DNA from: an uncultured Chloroflexia bacterium
GTDB taxonomy: Bacteria; Chloroflexota; Limnocylindria; QHBO01
Direction: 5' to 3'
Length of the DNA stretch: 64,000 nucleotides
Assembly: GCA_963814375.1 (NCBI GenBank)
Contig: CAWFCQ010000007.1
Coordinates: 283,244 to 347,243, forward strand
Below, piece by piece: positions 50,781-61,635 of the stretch. The first letter of the stretch is position 1. Each line of letters starts with the position of its first letter. The notes beneath the pieces are model-generated. The model was not told where the DNA came from, did no database searches, and saw nothing but the letters and a program-made list of their open reading frames with translations. The position numbers and the translations under genes are program-made.

Positions 50781-50959
50781 GTCTCGATCCTTCGTGACGG
50801 ATGGACCTGAGGGCCCAGTGGGGCGCGGTTCCCGCGATCCATCGTGAGCTGGCACGCACGAGGCGCGCCTCTGGGCGCTGCTCAGGCTCGCCGGCCCGCG
50901 ATCTATCGCGAGAACGCAGTCTGAGTCGGCCGTCTGGTGAACCGTCGCGATCCGTCGCG
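50777..50959. repeat. Dispersed ~180-bp palindromic element, copy B (inverted relative to copy A)
   Basis: Cores at 50783, 50833, 50897, 50946. Confidence 0.75.
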
Positions 50960-50963
50960 ACTG

Positions 50964-52250
50964 TCAATGAGGCGGAACGCTCTCTGCGCCGCGAGGCATC
51001 GACGTCGAGACCTCGGCAGGATCGGCCCGAGGCACGAGGAAGGCCGCGGCCACGGCGGACGCCGTCGCACCGCCGAGGCCGAGCACGATGATCGCGGCCT
51101 CGATCGAGCTGTCCGCCAGGATGCCGGCAACCGCCGCGCCGATGGGAACACCGAGGTAGTTGAAGGCCATCGAGACGCTGAAGGCGCGGCCGACCCAGGC
51201 CGGGTCGGTGCGGCGCTGGCGGACGGTGAAGAGCGCGATGTCCATCGGCCCGAAGAGGAAGCCCAGGATGAGCATCTGGACGAGCACCAGGCCGATGCCG
51301 ACCGGGATCGGCGGTTGGCCGGCCGCGATGAGCAGCAGCGCGATCGTCGGGATGAGGACGACCATCGGCCACAGCAGCAGGCCCCATTCGCGGCCGCGCG
51401 TGTCCATCCGGCCGAACAGGAAGGCCGACACCACGCCGCTGATGCCCGACACGGCGAAGACGATCCCGACCACCGCCGCGCCGAGCCCGAACCGCTCGAG
51501 GATGAGGAGCGGAATGACGATCGTCATCATGCCGTGCGCCAGGTTGCCGAAGGTGATCGAGAAGCCGAGCCCGCGCAGCGTCCGGTTGTTCCAGGTGTAG
51601 CGGACGCCGGCCCAGGCGTCGGCGAGGATGTGGCCGGTCGTCACGACCGTTGACGGCGGATCGGGAATGCCGATCAGCGCCACCGCGGCGATCCCGAAGG
51701 CCACGCCGATGATGAGCAGCGCCTCGGGGCCGCCGACGATCGCCACGAGCGCTGCCGCCAGCGGCGGCCCGATGATCGTCGCCACCACGTACCCGTTCGA
51801 GTCGACCGCGTTGACGCGTTCCCACAGCGGCTCGGGCACGAGGATCGGGAAGAGCGACCGCAGCCCGACATGGCTGAGGATCGAGGTGAAGGAGGAGACC
51901 ACGGCGATGAGGACCAGCAGCGGCCCCGGCAGCAGGTCCAGCAGGGCGAGGCCACCGATGAGGAGCAGCGCGGCCAGCGCCACGACGTAGTCCAGCGCCA
52001 CGAGCCGGATCCGCCCATGCCGATCCAGGAGCGCGCCCGCCAGCGGGCTGATGAGCAGCCCCGGGAAGATGAGGGCGAAGGTGACGAGCCCGGCGAAGGC
52101 GGGCGACCCGTATCGGTCGAGCGTGAAGAGGACCATCGCGACGCCGAGCATCGTCTGCGCCACCCGGGCGATCTGCATCGACACGAGGACGCGGCCGAGC
52201 GTGGGAACGCGCAGCAGCGCACGGTACGAGCGGTCGACGGAGGCGGTCAC
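50964..52250 (-). CDS. MFS transporter
   Basis: GALLDRHGR motif A, IGPPLA, GRAFS; about 12 TM. Confidence 0.92.
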   Translation of the reverse strand: MTASVDRSYRALLRVPTLGRVLVSMQIARVAQTMLGVAMVLFTLDRYGSPAFAGLVTFALIFPGLLISPLAGALLDRHGRIRLVALDYVVALAALLLIGGLALLDLLPGPLLVLIAVVSSFTSILSHVGLRSLFPILVPEPLWERVNAVDSNGYVVATIIGPPLAAALVAIVGGPEALLIIGVAFGIAAVALIGIPDPPSTVVTTGHILADAWAGVRYTWNNRTLRGLGFSITFGNLAHGMMTIVIPLLILERFGLGAAVVGIVFAVSGISGVVSAFLFGRMDTRGREWGLLLWPMVVLIPTIALLLIAAGQPPIPVGIGLVLVQMLILGFLFGPMDIALFTVRQRRTDPAWVGRAFSVSMAFNYLGVPIGAAVAGILADSSIEAAIIVLGLGGATASAVAAAFLVPRADPAEVSTSMPRGAESVPPH

Positions 52251-52309
52251 GGGCCTTCGATTCTAGCCCGGCTAACATTCCGTTGACGCTGGAGCTCTAG
52301 GCTGGACCG

Positions 52310-52768
52310 ATGAAGAAGCGCCGGGTGCTCTTCGTGTGCACCCACAACAGCGCCCGCTCGCAGATGGCCGAGGCGATGCTCAACGCCTGGGGCGGCGACC
52401 GCTTCGAGGCGTTCAGCGCAGGCACCGAGGCGACCGGCATCAAGCCGGAAACCGTCACCGTCATGGACGAGATCGGCATCGGCATGGCCGGACACCGCAG
52501 CAAGACGATCGAGGAGTTTCGGGGTCAGGCGTTCGACTGGTTCGTCACCGTCTGCGACGAGGCCCAGCAGAACTGCCCGGTATTGCCCGGCGTCAGCGAC
52601 GTCGCGCATTGGAGCATCGAGGACCCCTCGGTAGCGCAGGGAACGCCCGGCGAACGGCTCGAGGTCTTTCGGACGGCTCGCGATCGCATCCGCGACCGGC
52701 TGCACGTCTTCATGCTCGCGGGCGGGAGGGCGGACCTCCCGTCACCGGAGCCCACCGTCCTCGGCTGA
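52310..52768 (+). CDS. arsC: Thioredoxin-type arsenate reductase (LMW-PTP fold)
   Basis: [30 protein letters not shown]. Confidence 0.9.
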   Translation: MKKRRVLFVCTHNSARSQMAEAMLNAWGGDRFEAFSAGTEATGIKPETVTVMDEIGIGMAGHRSKTIEEFRGQAFDWFVTVCDEAQQNCPVLPGVSDVAHWSIEDPSVAQGTPGERLEVFRTARDRIRDRLHVFMLAGGRADLPSPEPTVLG

Positions 52769-52769
52769 C

Positions 52770-53603
52770 TCAGCAGCAGCCGCCCGAGCCACAGCCGCAG
52801 CCTGCGGAGGCCAACGGGAGCTCGCGGGCGGCCGCGCCGGCGTCGGGTGTCGCTGCCCAGTCCATCGGCTTCGTGGCTCGTGCGATGACACTGTGCATCC
52901 CCTCGGTCACCTGGTGGGTCGTGGTGAGGGAGACATCGGTCAGGCCCGCGGTCCGGAGACCCGTGTCGAACTCGGTGTACGAAAGCGCGCCGGCGATGCA
53001 GCCGACGTACGAGCCGCGCTCTGCACGCTCGTCCGCGGAGAGGCGGTCCTCCGCGACGATGTCTGTGATGCCGATGCGCCCGCCCGGACGCAGCACCCGG
53101 GCGATCTCGTTGAAGACCGCCATCTTGTCGGCGGCGAGGTTGACGACGCAGTTGCTGATGACGACGTCAATCGAGTCGGCCGGCAGTGGGATCGCCTCGA
53201 TCTGGCCCTTGAGGAACTCGACGTTCGTCGCGCCAGCCTCCGCAGCGTTGCGTCCGGCGAGAGCGAGCATCTCATCGGTCATGTCGAGCCCGAACGCGCG
53301 ACCCGTCGGTCCGACCCGCTTGGCCGAGAGGAGCACGTCGATGCCGCCACCGGAACCGAGGTCCAGCACGCGCTCACCCGGGTGGAGATCTGCCACGGCC
53401 GTGGGATTTCCGCAGCCGAGCGAGGCGAGAACCGCCGCATCGGGCAGCTCGTCGCGCTCGAGAGCGGTGTAGAGGCCGGCGCCGATCCCCTCTTCCGGCC
53501 CGCAGCAGGCGCCGCTCCCCGTTGCGGCCTGCGTGGCCGCCTCAGCGTACCTCCGGCGGACCGAGTCGTGGATCTCGTCGACGCGGTCGATCGTGTCGGT
53601 CAT
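52770..53603 (-). CDS. arsM: Arsenite S-adenosylmethionine methyltransferase
   Basis: [31 protein letters not shown]; Cys-rich tail [10 protein letters not shown]. Confidence 0.93.
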   Translation of the reverse strand: MTDTIDRVDEIHDSVRRRYAEAATQAATGSGACCGPEEGIGAGLYTALERDELPDAAVLASLGCGNPTAVADLHPGERVLDLGSGGGIDVLLSAKRVGPTGRAFGLDMTDEMLALAGRNAAEAGATNVEFLKGQIEAIPLPADSIDVVISNCVVNLAADKMAVFNEIARVLRPGGRIGITDIVAEDRLSADERAERGSYVGCIAGALSYTEFDTGLRTAGLTDVSLTTTHQVTEGMHSVIARATKPMDWAATPDAGAAARELPLASAGCGCGSGGCC

Positions 53604-53619
53604 GTCACTCTCCTGGAGT

Positions 53620-53907
53620 TCAGCCGACCTGCACGAGGCCGGCGAGGGATGCGCCGATGTCGGACCAGCGGCGGGAGAAGTCGGGGGCGAGCCGGTAGAC
53701 GATGTTCGTGCCCTGGCGCTCGCTGGTAACCACGCCGGCGTCGCGGAGCACCTTGAGGTGGTGGCTGATCGTCGGCTGGCTGACGGTGCAGCACTCGCTG
53801 AAGTCGCATGCGCAGATGCACTCGTCCTCCGCGAGCTGTCGGACGAAGGAGAGCCGCACCGGATCGGCAAGTGCCGAGAGAAGCCGCACGTCGGGATCTG
53901 AGGCCAT
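53620..53907 (-). CDS. arsR: ArsR family repressor
   Basis: ALADPVRL, CICACDF, SQPTISHHLKVL. Confidence 0.92.
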   Translation of the reverse strand: MASDPDVRLLSALADPVRLSFVRQLAEDECICACDFSECCTVSQPTISHHLKVLRDAGVVTSERQGTNIVYRLAPDFSRRWSDIGASLAGLVQVG

Positions 53908-53915
53908 CTAGCGAG

Positions 53916-53944
53916 AATATATCGATGTTCATCGATATTGACAA
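53916..53944 (-). promoter_or_regulatory. arsR promoter with ArsR operator
   Basis: TTGTCA-17bp-TATATT on minus strand; inverted repeat ATATCGAT-N4-ATCGATAT at 53919-53938. Confidence 0.75.
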
Positions 53945-53980
53945 GGCCACCCGATGTGAGCCCTCAAGCTAGGCTGCGGC

Positions 53981-55106
53981 ATGACCGATGGTCGCCGCCT
54001 GCGCGAGCTCGTGCTCGTCTTCGGCACGCTCGGCGTCATCGGATTCGGCGGTCCGGCCGCTCACATCGCCCTCATGCAGCGAGAGGTCGTTGAGCGACGG
54101 CGCTGGCTGACCGACCAGCAGATGGTCGACCTGGTCGGCTTCACCAACCTGCTGCCCGGCCCGAACTCGACCGAGATGGCGATGCAGGTGGGACGGCTCC
54201 GCGCCGATCGCATCGGCCTCGTGACCGCCGGCTTGGCCTTCATCCTGCCCGCGGCCGCGATCGTCCTCGTCCTGGCCTGGGCCTACGTCGAGTACGGAGC
54301 AACCCCGGCGGCAGACGCGCTGCTGTACGGGATCAAGCCGGTGATCATCGTGATCGTCGTTGCGGCCCTCATCACCTTTGCACGAACGGCGCTGCGCGGG
54401 CCGCTCCTCGTGGCCGTGGCGATCGTCGTGGCGCTGCTGTGGCTGCTCGGCGTGCCCGAGCTCGTCCTCCTGGCGGCGGGGGCGCTGGTCATCGCGGTGG
54501 CACGGACCGGAGGACAGGAGGCCGGCGGTGGCCGGAATCGCGTTGGCGACTGGCGCGGCAACGGCCGCATCGGTCAACCTGGTGGAGCTCGGGGCCGTCT
54601 TCCTCAAGGCCGGGGCGTTCCTCTTCGGCTCCGGCTACGTCCTCCTCGCCTTCCTGCGCGGAGACTTGGTTGAGCGGCTCGGCTGGTTGACCGACACCCA
54701 GCTGCTCGATGCGGTTGCCGTCGGCCAGGTCACGCCCGGGCCGCTCTTCACCACGGCGACCTTCATCGGCTACGTGCTGGCCGGGATTCCCGGCGCGATC
54801 GTGGCCACGACGGCGATCTTCCTGCCGGCGTTCGTGATCGTGGCGCTGGTAGGACCGATCGTCGACAGGGTCCGCGAGCGGCCCATGACCGCAGCGCTGC
54901 TGGACGGCGTCAACGCGGCCGCGCTCGGCCTCATGGCGGCGGTGACGCTCGTGCTGGGCCGGAGCGCGATCATCGACCTGTTCACGGTGCTCGTCGCCCT
55001 CGGCGCGGCAGCGTTGACGGCGTCACGGCGGGTGCCGTCGATCGTGATCGTGCTGGCCGGCGGCCTAGCTGGCCTGGCTGCGTCCGCGCTGGGTTTCGGT
55101 CCCTGA
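53981..55106 (+). CDS. chrA: Chromate efflux transporter (CHR); frameshift near 54510
   Basis: GFGGPAAHIA, LPGPNSTE, FGSGYVL, GQVTPGP. Confidence 0.9.
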
Positions 55107-55124
55107 CACGCACGGAGACGGCCA

Positions 55125-55146
55125 GCTCGAGCGAACCCGCTCGAGC
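55125..55146 (+). terminator. Hairpin after chrA
   Basis: gctcgagcg / cgctcgagc stem. Confidence 0.5.
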
Positions 55147-55253
55147 GCCACGGCACTGCTGAGGTGCGATCGCGCGGAGTACGCTTGCCTTCGCGCCAGA
55201 GGACCGGTGGAGGGGCCGTCGGTGGGGCGCCGCACCGGGGTCGAGCTCCACCC

Positions 55254-55871
55254 ATGCGCCTTCCCTTCATCCCCCGCGAGGAGAAGTTCTTCGACATGTT
55301 CGTCGAGGATGCCCAGAACGTCCTGGCGGGTGCGCGAACGCTCGAGGAGTTCTTCCGCTCCTATGACCAGCGCGAGCGCCTGGCCAGCCAGCTACGCGAC
55401 CTCGAGCGGCGCGGCGACGGGCTCAGCCACGACATCGGCCTGAAGCTGGAGGACACGTTCGTCACCCCGTTCGACCGGGAGGACATCCACCAGCTCATCA
55501 CGCGCCTCGACGACATCATCGACTTCATCGAGGAGGTCGCCGACACCTGCATCCTCTACAAGATCGACGAGCCGACCCCCGTCGCGCAGGCGCAGACCGA
55601 GATCATCGTGAAGCAGTGCGAGGAGCTGGTCGTGGCGCTCGAGAAGCTGAAGGGCTTCAAGGGTGTCGCGCCGCACTGGATCGAGATCCATCGGCTCGAG
55701 AACGAGGGAGACCGGATCACCCGCCAGGCAGTCGCGGACCTCTTCACCGATGGCGCCGACACGATGCAAGTGATCAAGTGGAAGGATGTCTACGCGCTGC
55801 TCGAGTCGGCGATCGACGCATGTGAGGATGCGGCCAACGTGATCGAGCGGATCGTCGCCAAGCATGCCTGA
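55254..55871 (+). CDS. DUF47 Pit accessory protein (PhoU-like)
   Basis: TFVTPFDREDI, LENEGD, D.CED.AN. Confidence 0.92.
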   Translation: MRLPFIPREEKFFDMFVEDAQNVLAGARTLEEFFRSYDQRERLASQLRDLERRGDGLSHDIGLKLEDTFVTPFDREDIHQLITRLDDIIDFIEEVADTCILYKIDEPTPVAQAQTEIIVKQCEELVVALEKLKGFKGVAPHWIEIHRLENEGDRITRQAVADLFTDGADTMQVIKWKDVYALLESAIDACEDAANVIERIVAKHA

Positions 55872-56865
55872 GGGAGTCACCCTCTCCCTGATCGTGGTCC
55901 TGGGCCTCGCGGTCACCTTCGACTACATCAACGGGTTCCACGACACCGCCAACGCGATCGCCACCAGCGTGAGCACCCGCGCCCTCAGCCCGACCTGGGC
56001 GATCGCCATGAGCGCCACGATGAACTTCGCCGGCGCGCTCACCGGCGTGGCGGTGGCGGAGACGATCGGGACCGGCCTCATCGATCCGAACGTCGAGTCT
56101 CAGACCATGATCGCTGCGGCCCTGGTCGGCGCCATCCTCTGGAACCTGCTGACCTGGCGCCTTGGGATTCCCTCGTCGTCGAGCCACGCCCTGATCGGCG
56201 GGCTGCTCGGTGCGTCACTCATCTCGGCCGGGATCTCGTCCTGGAACATCGAGGGCATCGTCACCAAGGTGCTGGTTCCCCTGGTCGGGTCGCCGATCGT
56301 CGGATTCACCATCGGGCTGCTGATGATGGCGCTCATCTTCAACCTGTTCCGACGGGCGAACCCTCGGCGGCTGAATGCGGTCTTCCGGCGGCTCCAGATC
56401 GGGTCGGCAGCGTTCATGGCGTTCAGCCACGGCAGCAACGACGCCCAGAAGACGATGGGCATCATGACCCTGGCGCTGGTGGAAGCCGGCGTGCTGACCA
56501 CGTTCGAGGTTCCGCTGTGGGTCATCCTCACCGCGGCGTCCGCGATCAGCCTTGGCACCGCCGCCGGGGGCTGGCGGATCATCAAGACCATGGGCCAGAA
56601 GGTGGTCAAGCTCGACCCGGTCCACGGGTTCGCGGCCGAGACGACCGCCGCCACTGTGATCTTCGGGGCTTCCCAGCTCGGCATGCCCGTCAGCACGACG
56701 CAGGTGATCAGCTCCGCGATCATGGGCGTGGGCTCGTCGGACCGGCTCAAGACCGTGCGGTGGACCGTCGCCCGCTCGATGGTGACCGCGTGGATCCTCA
56801 CGATCCCGGCCTCCGGAACGGCCGCAGCCCTTGCCTACCTGGTGCTCAACCCGATTCTCGGTTGA
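55864..56865 (+). CDS. pit: Inorganic phosphate transporter (PiT)
   Basis: NGFHDTANAIAT, PSSSSH, HGSNDAQK, PVSTT. Confidence 0.95.
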   Translation: MPEGVTLSLIVVLGLAVTFDYINGFHDTANAIATSVSTRALSPTWAIAMSATMNFAGALTGVAVAETIGTGLIDPNVESQTMIAAALVGAILWNLLTWRLGIPSSSSHALIGGLLGASLISAGISSWNIEGIVTKVLVPLVGSPIVGFTIGLLMMALIFNLFRRANPRRLNAVFRRLQIGSAAFMAFSHGSNDAQKTMGIMTLALVEAGVLTTFEVPLWVILTAASAISLGTAAGGWRIIKTMGQKVVKLDPVHGFAAETTAATVIFGASQLGMPVSTTQVISSAIMGVGSSDRLKTVRWTVARSMVTAWILTIPASGTAAALAYLVLNPILG

Positions 56866-56870
56866 GCGAC

Positions 56871-56908
56871 TTAACCTGCTCTTGATGCTCCGATAAGCGC
56901 CTGTTAAG
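56871..56908 (+). promoter_or_regulatory. Pho-box-like array upstream of pstS
   Basis: TTAAC/TTGAT/ATAAG/TTAAG at 56871, 56882, 56893, 56904 (exact 11-bp period). Confidence 0.65.
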
Positions 56909-56986
56909 CGAGCCCAGCGATCGTCGAAGCGTGGACGCGTGCCGAAGCTGCACTCCCGCGGCCGGGCGCCATTCGGAGGAGAAGCA

Positions 56987-58039
56987 TTGAACCTCACGCG
57001 CGGCGGGCGGGTGCCCGCGATCGCCGTCGTCACGTTGACGGCGCTCATGCTCGTGGCCTGCTCCAGCAACCCGGACGCGAGCGATAACCCGGACGGCGGG
57101 GGCGACGGCCAGAGCGCCGGCGAAGGGCTGAGCGGCGAGATCGTCGTCTCCGGCTCATCCACCGTCGAGCCGATCACGTCGATCGCGATCGAGGACTTCA
57201 CCGCCAACAATCCCGACGTCGAGGGCTCGGTCGACGGCCCTGGCACGGGCGACGGATTCGCTCTCTTCTGCGCCGGAGAGATCGACATCGCCGACGCGTC
57301 GCGCCCCATCAGCGACGAGGAGATCGCGCTGTGCGAGGAGGCTGGGATCACCTATGTGGAGCTCCAGATCGGGATCGACGGCATCAGCGTCATCACCTCT
57401 CCCGAGAATGACGCCGTCTCATGCCTCAGCTTCGCGGACCTCTACGCTCTGACAGGGCCGGAGTCCCAGGGCTTCGACAACTGGACGGATGCCGATGCGC
57501 TGGCGCAGGAGATCGGCTCGGGAGACTTCGGAGAGATCCACGCGCCGTTCCCGGCCAATGCGCCGCTGACGGTCGCCGCACCGGGTGAGGAGTCGGGCAC
57601 GTACGACACCTACGTCGAGTTCGTCATCGCCGATCTCGCGGAGGAACGTGGCGCCGACGAGGCGACCCGCCCCGACTATCAGACTGCCGCCGACGACAAC
57701 GTCATCATCGAGAACATCGCCGGATCCCCCACCACCCTGGGCTGGGTCGGCTTCGCGTTCGCGGACGAGAGCTCCGATTCGGTGAGCTCACTCGAGGTCG
57801 ACGGTGGCGATGGCTGCGTCGCGCCCACGCCGGAGACGATCGCCTCGGGCGAGTACCCGATGAGCCGCCCGCTCTTCATCTACGTCAACGCGGCTGAGGC
57901 CGATGGCCGCCCCGAGGTCTCGGCGTTCGTCGACTTCTTCCTTTCCGACGAAGGGATCGCCGCCGTCACTGAGGCCGACTACGTCGCCCTCGACGAGGCC
58001 GCACTCGAGGAGACACGCGCCGCCTGGACGGACCGCTGA
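56987..58039 (+). CDS. pstS: Phosphate ABC substrate-binding lipoprotein
   Basis: GGAGGAG RBS with TTG; LVAC; SGSSTV, GTGDG, ASRPI, SGTYD, YPMSRPLFIY. Confidence 0.93.
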   Translation: MNLTRGGRVPAIAVVTLTALMLVACSSNPDASDNPDGGGDGQSAGEGLSGEIVVSGSSTVEPITSIAIEDFTANNPDVEGSVDGPGTGDGFALFCAGEIDIADASRPISDEEIALCEEAGITYVELQIGIDGISVITSPENDAVSCLSFADLYALTGPESQGFDNWTDADALAQEIGSGDFGEIHAPFPANAPLTVAAPGEESGTYDTYVEFVIADLAEERGADEATRPDYQTAADDNVIIENIAGSPTTLGWVGFAFADESSDSVSSLEVDGGDGCVAPTPETIASGEYPMSRPLFIYVNAAEADGRPEVSAFVDFFLSDEGIAAVTEADYVALDEAALEETRAAWTDR

Positions 58040-58061
58040 GGAACCGACGCCTCGAATCTCA

Positions 58062-58094
58062 CCGGGCCGGACAAGCCCCTCTTGTCCGGCCCGG
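58062..58094 (+). terminator. pstS-pstC intercistronic stem-loop
   Basis: Perfect 14-bp stem ccgggccggacaag / cttgtccggcccgg. Confidence 0.7.
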
Positions 58095-58124
58095 ACCTGT
58101 GAGCGCCCGTAGGATGCGACACCG

Positions 58125-59066
58125 ATGACCACGACCGTTGACAACCGGCCGGCCCGCCTCGTACCGGGCGATCTCCGGATCGCCCCCGGACGCCGGCGAC
58201 GCGAGAGCATCGTGCGGTTGCTGTTCCTGGGCGCCGCGGGGCTCTCGATCGTCATCAGCCTGGCAATCGTCCTGTCGCTCCTCGGCAACGCGCTGTACTT
58301 CCTCATCAACGTCGACAAGGGCGCGCTGTTCACGGATGGCTGGTTCCCGCGACGTGGCATGTATGACCTCGCCACGATCGTGGTCGGGACGCTGATCATC
58401 AGCGCGGTCGCCATGCTAGTTGCGGCGCCGCTCGGCTTGGGCGCCGCGATCTACCTCTCCGAGTACGCGGGCCCGCGCGTCCGTCGCTGGGTGAAGCCGT
58501 CGCTCGAGATCCTCGCCTCGATCCCGAGCGTCGTACTCGGCTTCTTCGCGCTCACGTGGATCAGCCCGAACGTGGTGCAGCCGTTCACCGGCGCACCGCT
58601 GTCGAACATGACCGTTGCGGGCCTCGCGGTCGGCATCCTGATCACCCCGCTCGTCGCCTCGATCAGCGAGGACGCGATGCACGCGGTTCCCGACTACCTC
58701 CGCGAGGCTGCGTACGGGCTCGGAGCGCAGCGACGGACGACCAGCCTGAGCGTCGTGGTCCCGGCGGCGGTCTCCGGGATCGTTGCGGCCCTCCTGCTCG
58801 GCGTGTCGCGAGCCATCGGCGAGACGATGATCGTCTCGATCGCGGCCGGCGGAACGGGCGGATCGCTGTTCGAGACCAACCCGCTCGAGCCGGGTCAGAC
58901 GATGACGGCGGCAATGACGGCCCTCGCCATCGGCTCGGACCGGGTGCGGGGGGCGGCGCTCACCTTCGAGAGCCTCTTCTTCGTCGGCCTCCTCCTCTTC
59001 GTCATGACGCTGATCCTCAATCTGCTCAGTGACGCGTTCGTACGACGCGTGCGCCAGGCGTACTGA
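58125..59066 (+). CDS. pstC: Phosphate ABC permease
   Basis: YLSEYA, IPSVV.G, REAAYGLGA, SRAIGETMIV. Confidence 0.95.
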   Translation: MTTTVDNRPARLVPGDLRIAPGRRRRESIVRLLFLGAAGLSIVISLAIVLSLLGNALYFLINVDKGALFTDGWFPRRGMYDLATIVVGTLIISAVAMLVAAPLGLGAAIYLSEYAGPRVRRWVKPSLEILASIPSVVLGFFALTWISPNVVQPFTGAPLSNMTVAGLAVGILITPLVASISEDAMHAVPDYLREAAYGLGAQRRTTSLSVVVPAAVSGIVAALLLGVSRAIGETMIVSIAAGGTGGSLFETNPLEPGQTMTAAMTALAIGSDRVRGAALTFESLFFVGLLLFVMTLILNLLSDAFVRRVRQAY

Positions 59067-59980
59067 TGACCGCACTGACCGAGACGTCGACGAGGGCAGC
59101 GGTCGAGGCTCGCCTGCGAGGCGGCGGGGGCGACACCCGCGGCCTGGTGCTTCAGGGTGCCCTGCTTCTCTCGCTGCTCATCGCTCTTGGTGTCCTCGTC
59201 GTCCTCGTGGCCGACATCGTGATCCGCGCCCTCCCCGTGCTGATCGAGCGTCCCGTCGACTTCCTCGGCTCGCCGCTCTCCTCGCGCCCGGCGCGCGCCG
59301 GAATCGTGCAGGGCATCATCGGCTCGGTGGTCCTCATGGGTATCGTGGCGATGGTCTCGCTGCCAATCGGGATCGGCGCCGCGGTCTACCTCGAGGAGTA
59401 CGCGCGCGACACGCCACTCACACGGCTCATTCGCACGAACATCCGCAACCTCGCGGGAGTACCCGCCATCGTCTACGGGCTGCTCGGCCTCGCCGTGTTC
59501 GTCAGCACCATTGGCCTCGGCAAGACCCTGCTCGCGGGAGGCGTGACGCTCGCGGTACTCGTCCTGCCGATCGTCGTCATCACGACCTCGGAGGCGCTGC
59601 GTGCGGTGCCGATGAGCATCCGTGAGGCGGCGTTCGGGGTGGGGGCGACGCGCTGGGAGACGATCCGCAGCCACGTGCTTCCGTATGCCGCGCCGGGCAT
59701 CCTGACCGGCACGATCCTCTCGCTTGCGCGCGCTTTCGGCGAGACGGCGCCGCTGCTCATGGTCGGGGCGGTGGCGGGGACCTTCACCAGCACCGCCATC
59801 GGCGACATGCTCGGCGGCTCGTACACGTCGCTGCCGACGATCGTCTTCGACTGGTCCGGCAAGCCGCAGGACGAGTTCCGGGCCCTCACCGCGGCCGCGA
59901 TCGTGGTGCTGCTGCTCGTCATCCTGCTCGTCAACGCCGGCGCAATCCTGCTCAGGAACCGCTACGACCGGAGGTGGTGA
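59066..59980 (+). CDS. pstA: Phosphate ABC permease
   Basis: [26 protein letters not shown]. Confidence 0.95.
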   Translation: MTALTETSTRAAVEARLRGGGGDTRGLVLQGALLLSLLIALGVLVVLVADIVIRALPVLIERPVDFLGSPLSSRPARAGIVQGIIGSVVLMGIVAMVSLPIGIGAAVYLEEYARDTPLTRLIRTNIRNLAGVPAIVYGLLGLAVFVSTIGLGKTLLAGGVTLAVLVLPIVVITTSEALRAVPMSIREAAFGVGATRWETIRSHVLPYAAPGILTGTILSLARAFGETAPLLMVGAVAGTFTSTAIGDMLGGSYTSLPTIVFDWSGKPQDEFRALTAAAIVVLLLVILLVNAGAILLRNRYDRRW

Positions 59981-59984
59981 ACCG

Positions 59985-60908
59985 ATGAGCATCGAGACCG
60001 AGCGATCTCCCACGGAGCTCGACGAGCAGGCCGATGTCCGAGGCCCGACAATACGGCTCGTGAGCACCCACATGGAGATCGAGGAATCAGAGCGGATCGC
60101 GCCCGCAGCGACGGATCGGGAAGAGCCGATGACGTTCGACGCGGACGAGGTCGTGTTCGAGCTGGACGAGCTCTCCTGCTTCTACGGCTCGTTCCGGGCG
60201 GTGCGTGACATCAGCCTCCAGGTGCCGCGGAACCGCATCACCGCGATCATCGGCCCGTCGGGCTGCGGCAAGAGCACGCTCCTGCGCAGCTTCAACCGGA
60301 TGAACGACCTGGTGGACGGCGCCCGGATCGAGGGAAGCATCCGCTACCACGGGGTCGACCTTTACGCCGATGGGATCGACCCGGTCGAGGTGCGACGACG
60401 GATCGGGATGGTGTTCCAGAAGCCGAATCCGTTCCCGAAGTCGATCTACGACAACGTCGCCTTCGGCCCACGCGTTGCGGGGTTCAAGGGGGACCTCGAT
60501 GAGCTGGTGGAGGCGTCGCTGCGCCGGGCGGCGCTGTGGGACGACGTCAAGGACAAGCTCCGCCAGCCCGGCACCATGCTCTCGGGCGGGCAGCAGCAGC
60601 GGCTCTGCATCGCGCGCGCGATCGCGGTCGAGCCGGACGTGATCCTCATGGACGAGCCGTGCAGCGCCCTCGACCCGATCGCGACCCTGCGCATCGAGGA
60701 GCTGATGCGTGAGCTCAAGGAGAACTACACCATCGTCATCGTCACCCACAATATGCAGCAGGCGGCTCGGGCAAGCGACGTCACCGCCTTCCTCACGATG
60801 GGCGAGGACCGCGCGGGTCATCTCGTGGAGATGGCACCCACGGAGCAGATCTTCACGCGGCCGACTCACCAGTTGACCGAGGACTACATCACCGGTCGCT
60901 TCGGGTAA
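59985..60908 (+). CDS. pstB: Phosphate ABC ATP-binding protein
   Basis: [40 protein letters not shown]. Confidence 0.97.
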   Translation: MSIETERSPTELDEQADVRGPTIRLVSTHMEIEESERIAPAATDREEPMTFDADEVVFELDELSCFYGSFRAVRDISLQVPRNRITAIIGPSGCGKSTLLRSFNRMNDLVDGARIEGSIRYHGVDLYADGIDPVEVRRRIGMVFQKPNPFPKSIYDNVAFGPRVAGFKGDLDELVEASLRRAALWDDVKDKLRQPGTMLSGGQQQRLCIARAIAVEPDVILMDEPCSALDPIATLRIEELMRELKENYTIVIVTHNMQQAARASDVTAFLTMGEDRAGHLVEMAPTEQIFTRPTHQLTEDYITGRFG

Positions 60909-60931
60909 CCGAGGCGGAAAGAGGCCAAGCC

Positions 60932-61627
60932 ATGGAACGCACCGACACCGACGCCATGCCCCACCTCCAGGGCACGCGCGCGAGCTTCGACCGCGCACTG
61001 GATGCGGTGAAGGATGACGTGCTCCGGCTCGGCGCCGCGGTGGAGAGCGCGCTCGAGCAGGCCGGTCGAGCGCTCGTTGGCCGCGACACCGAGCTGGCGG
61101 ACCGGGTGCGGTGGGCCGACGCCGACGTGAACGAGCTCCAGCGGCGCATCAACACCGAGATCACGACGCTCATCGCCACGCAGGGCCCGGTCGCGCGCGA
61201 CGTACGGGAATTGCTCGCGCTGTACCACGCAGCCGCCGAGCTCGAGCGCATGGGCGACTACGCGGTCAACATCGCCAAGCTCGCCCAGCAGCTCGCGAGC
61301 GAGCCCGAGACCCCGATCCTCAAGCAGATCCCGCGGATGGAGCAGATCTGCCGCGAACAGCTGCGCGCCGCGATGCGGGCCCTGGTCGACATCAGCGAGG
61401 AAGAGGCACGGGGGGTCGCGCAGCGAGACGACGAGCTCGACGCGCTCTACAGCAGCGTCTACGAGGACGCTCTGGAGCTCATGACCGTCGCTCCCGAGCG
61501 GGCGCGCCAGGCGACGCACATGCTCTTCGCGGCGCACCACCTCGAGCGCCTCGGCGACCGCGTGACGAACATCGGCGAGGACGTCGTGTACCTGGCGACC
61601 GGCCAGGTCGAGGATCTCAACCCGTAG
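60932..61627 (+). CDS. phoU: Phosphate signalling protein
   Basis: PVARDVR, ELERMGD, LERLGDRVTNIGE. Confidence 0.95.
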   Translation: MERTDTDAMPHLQGTRASFDRALDAVKDDVLRLGAAVESALEQAGRALVGRDTELADRVRWADADVNELQRRINTEITTLIATQGPVARDVRELLALYHAAAELERMGDYAVNIAKLAQQLASEPETPILKQIPRMEQICREQLRAAMRALVDISEEEARGVAQRDDELDALYSSVYEDALELMTVAPERARQATHMLFAAHHLERLGDRVTNIGEDVVYLATGQVEDLNP

Positions 61628-61635
61628 GCGGACCG

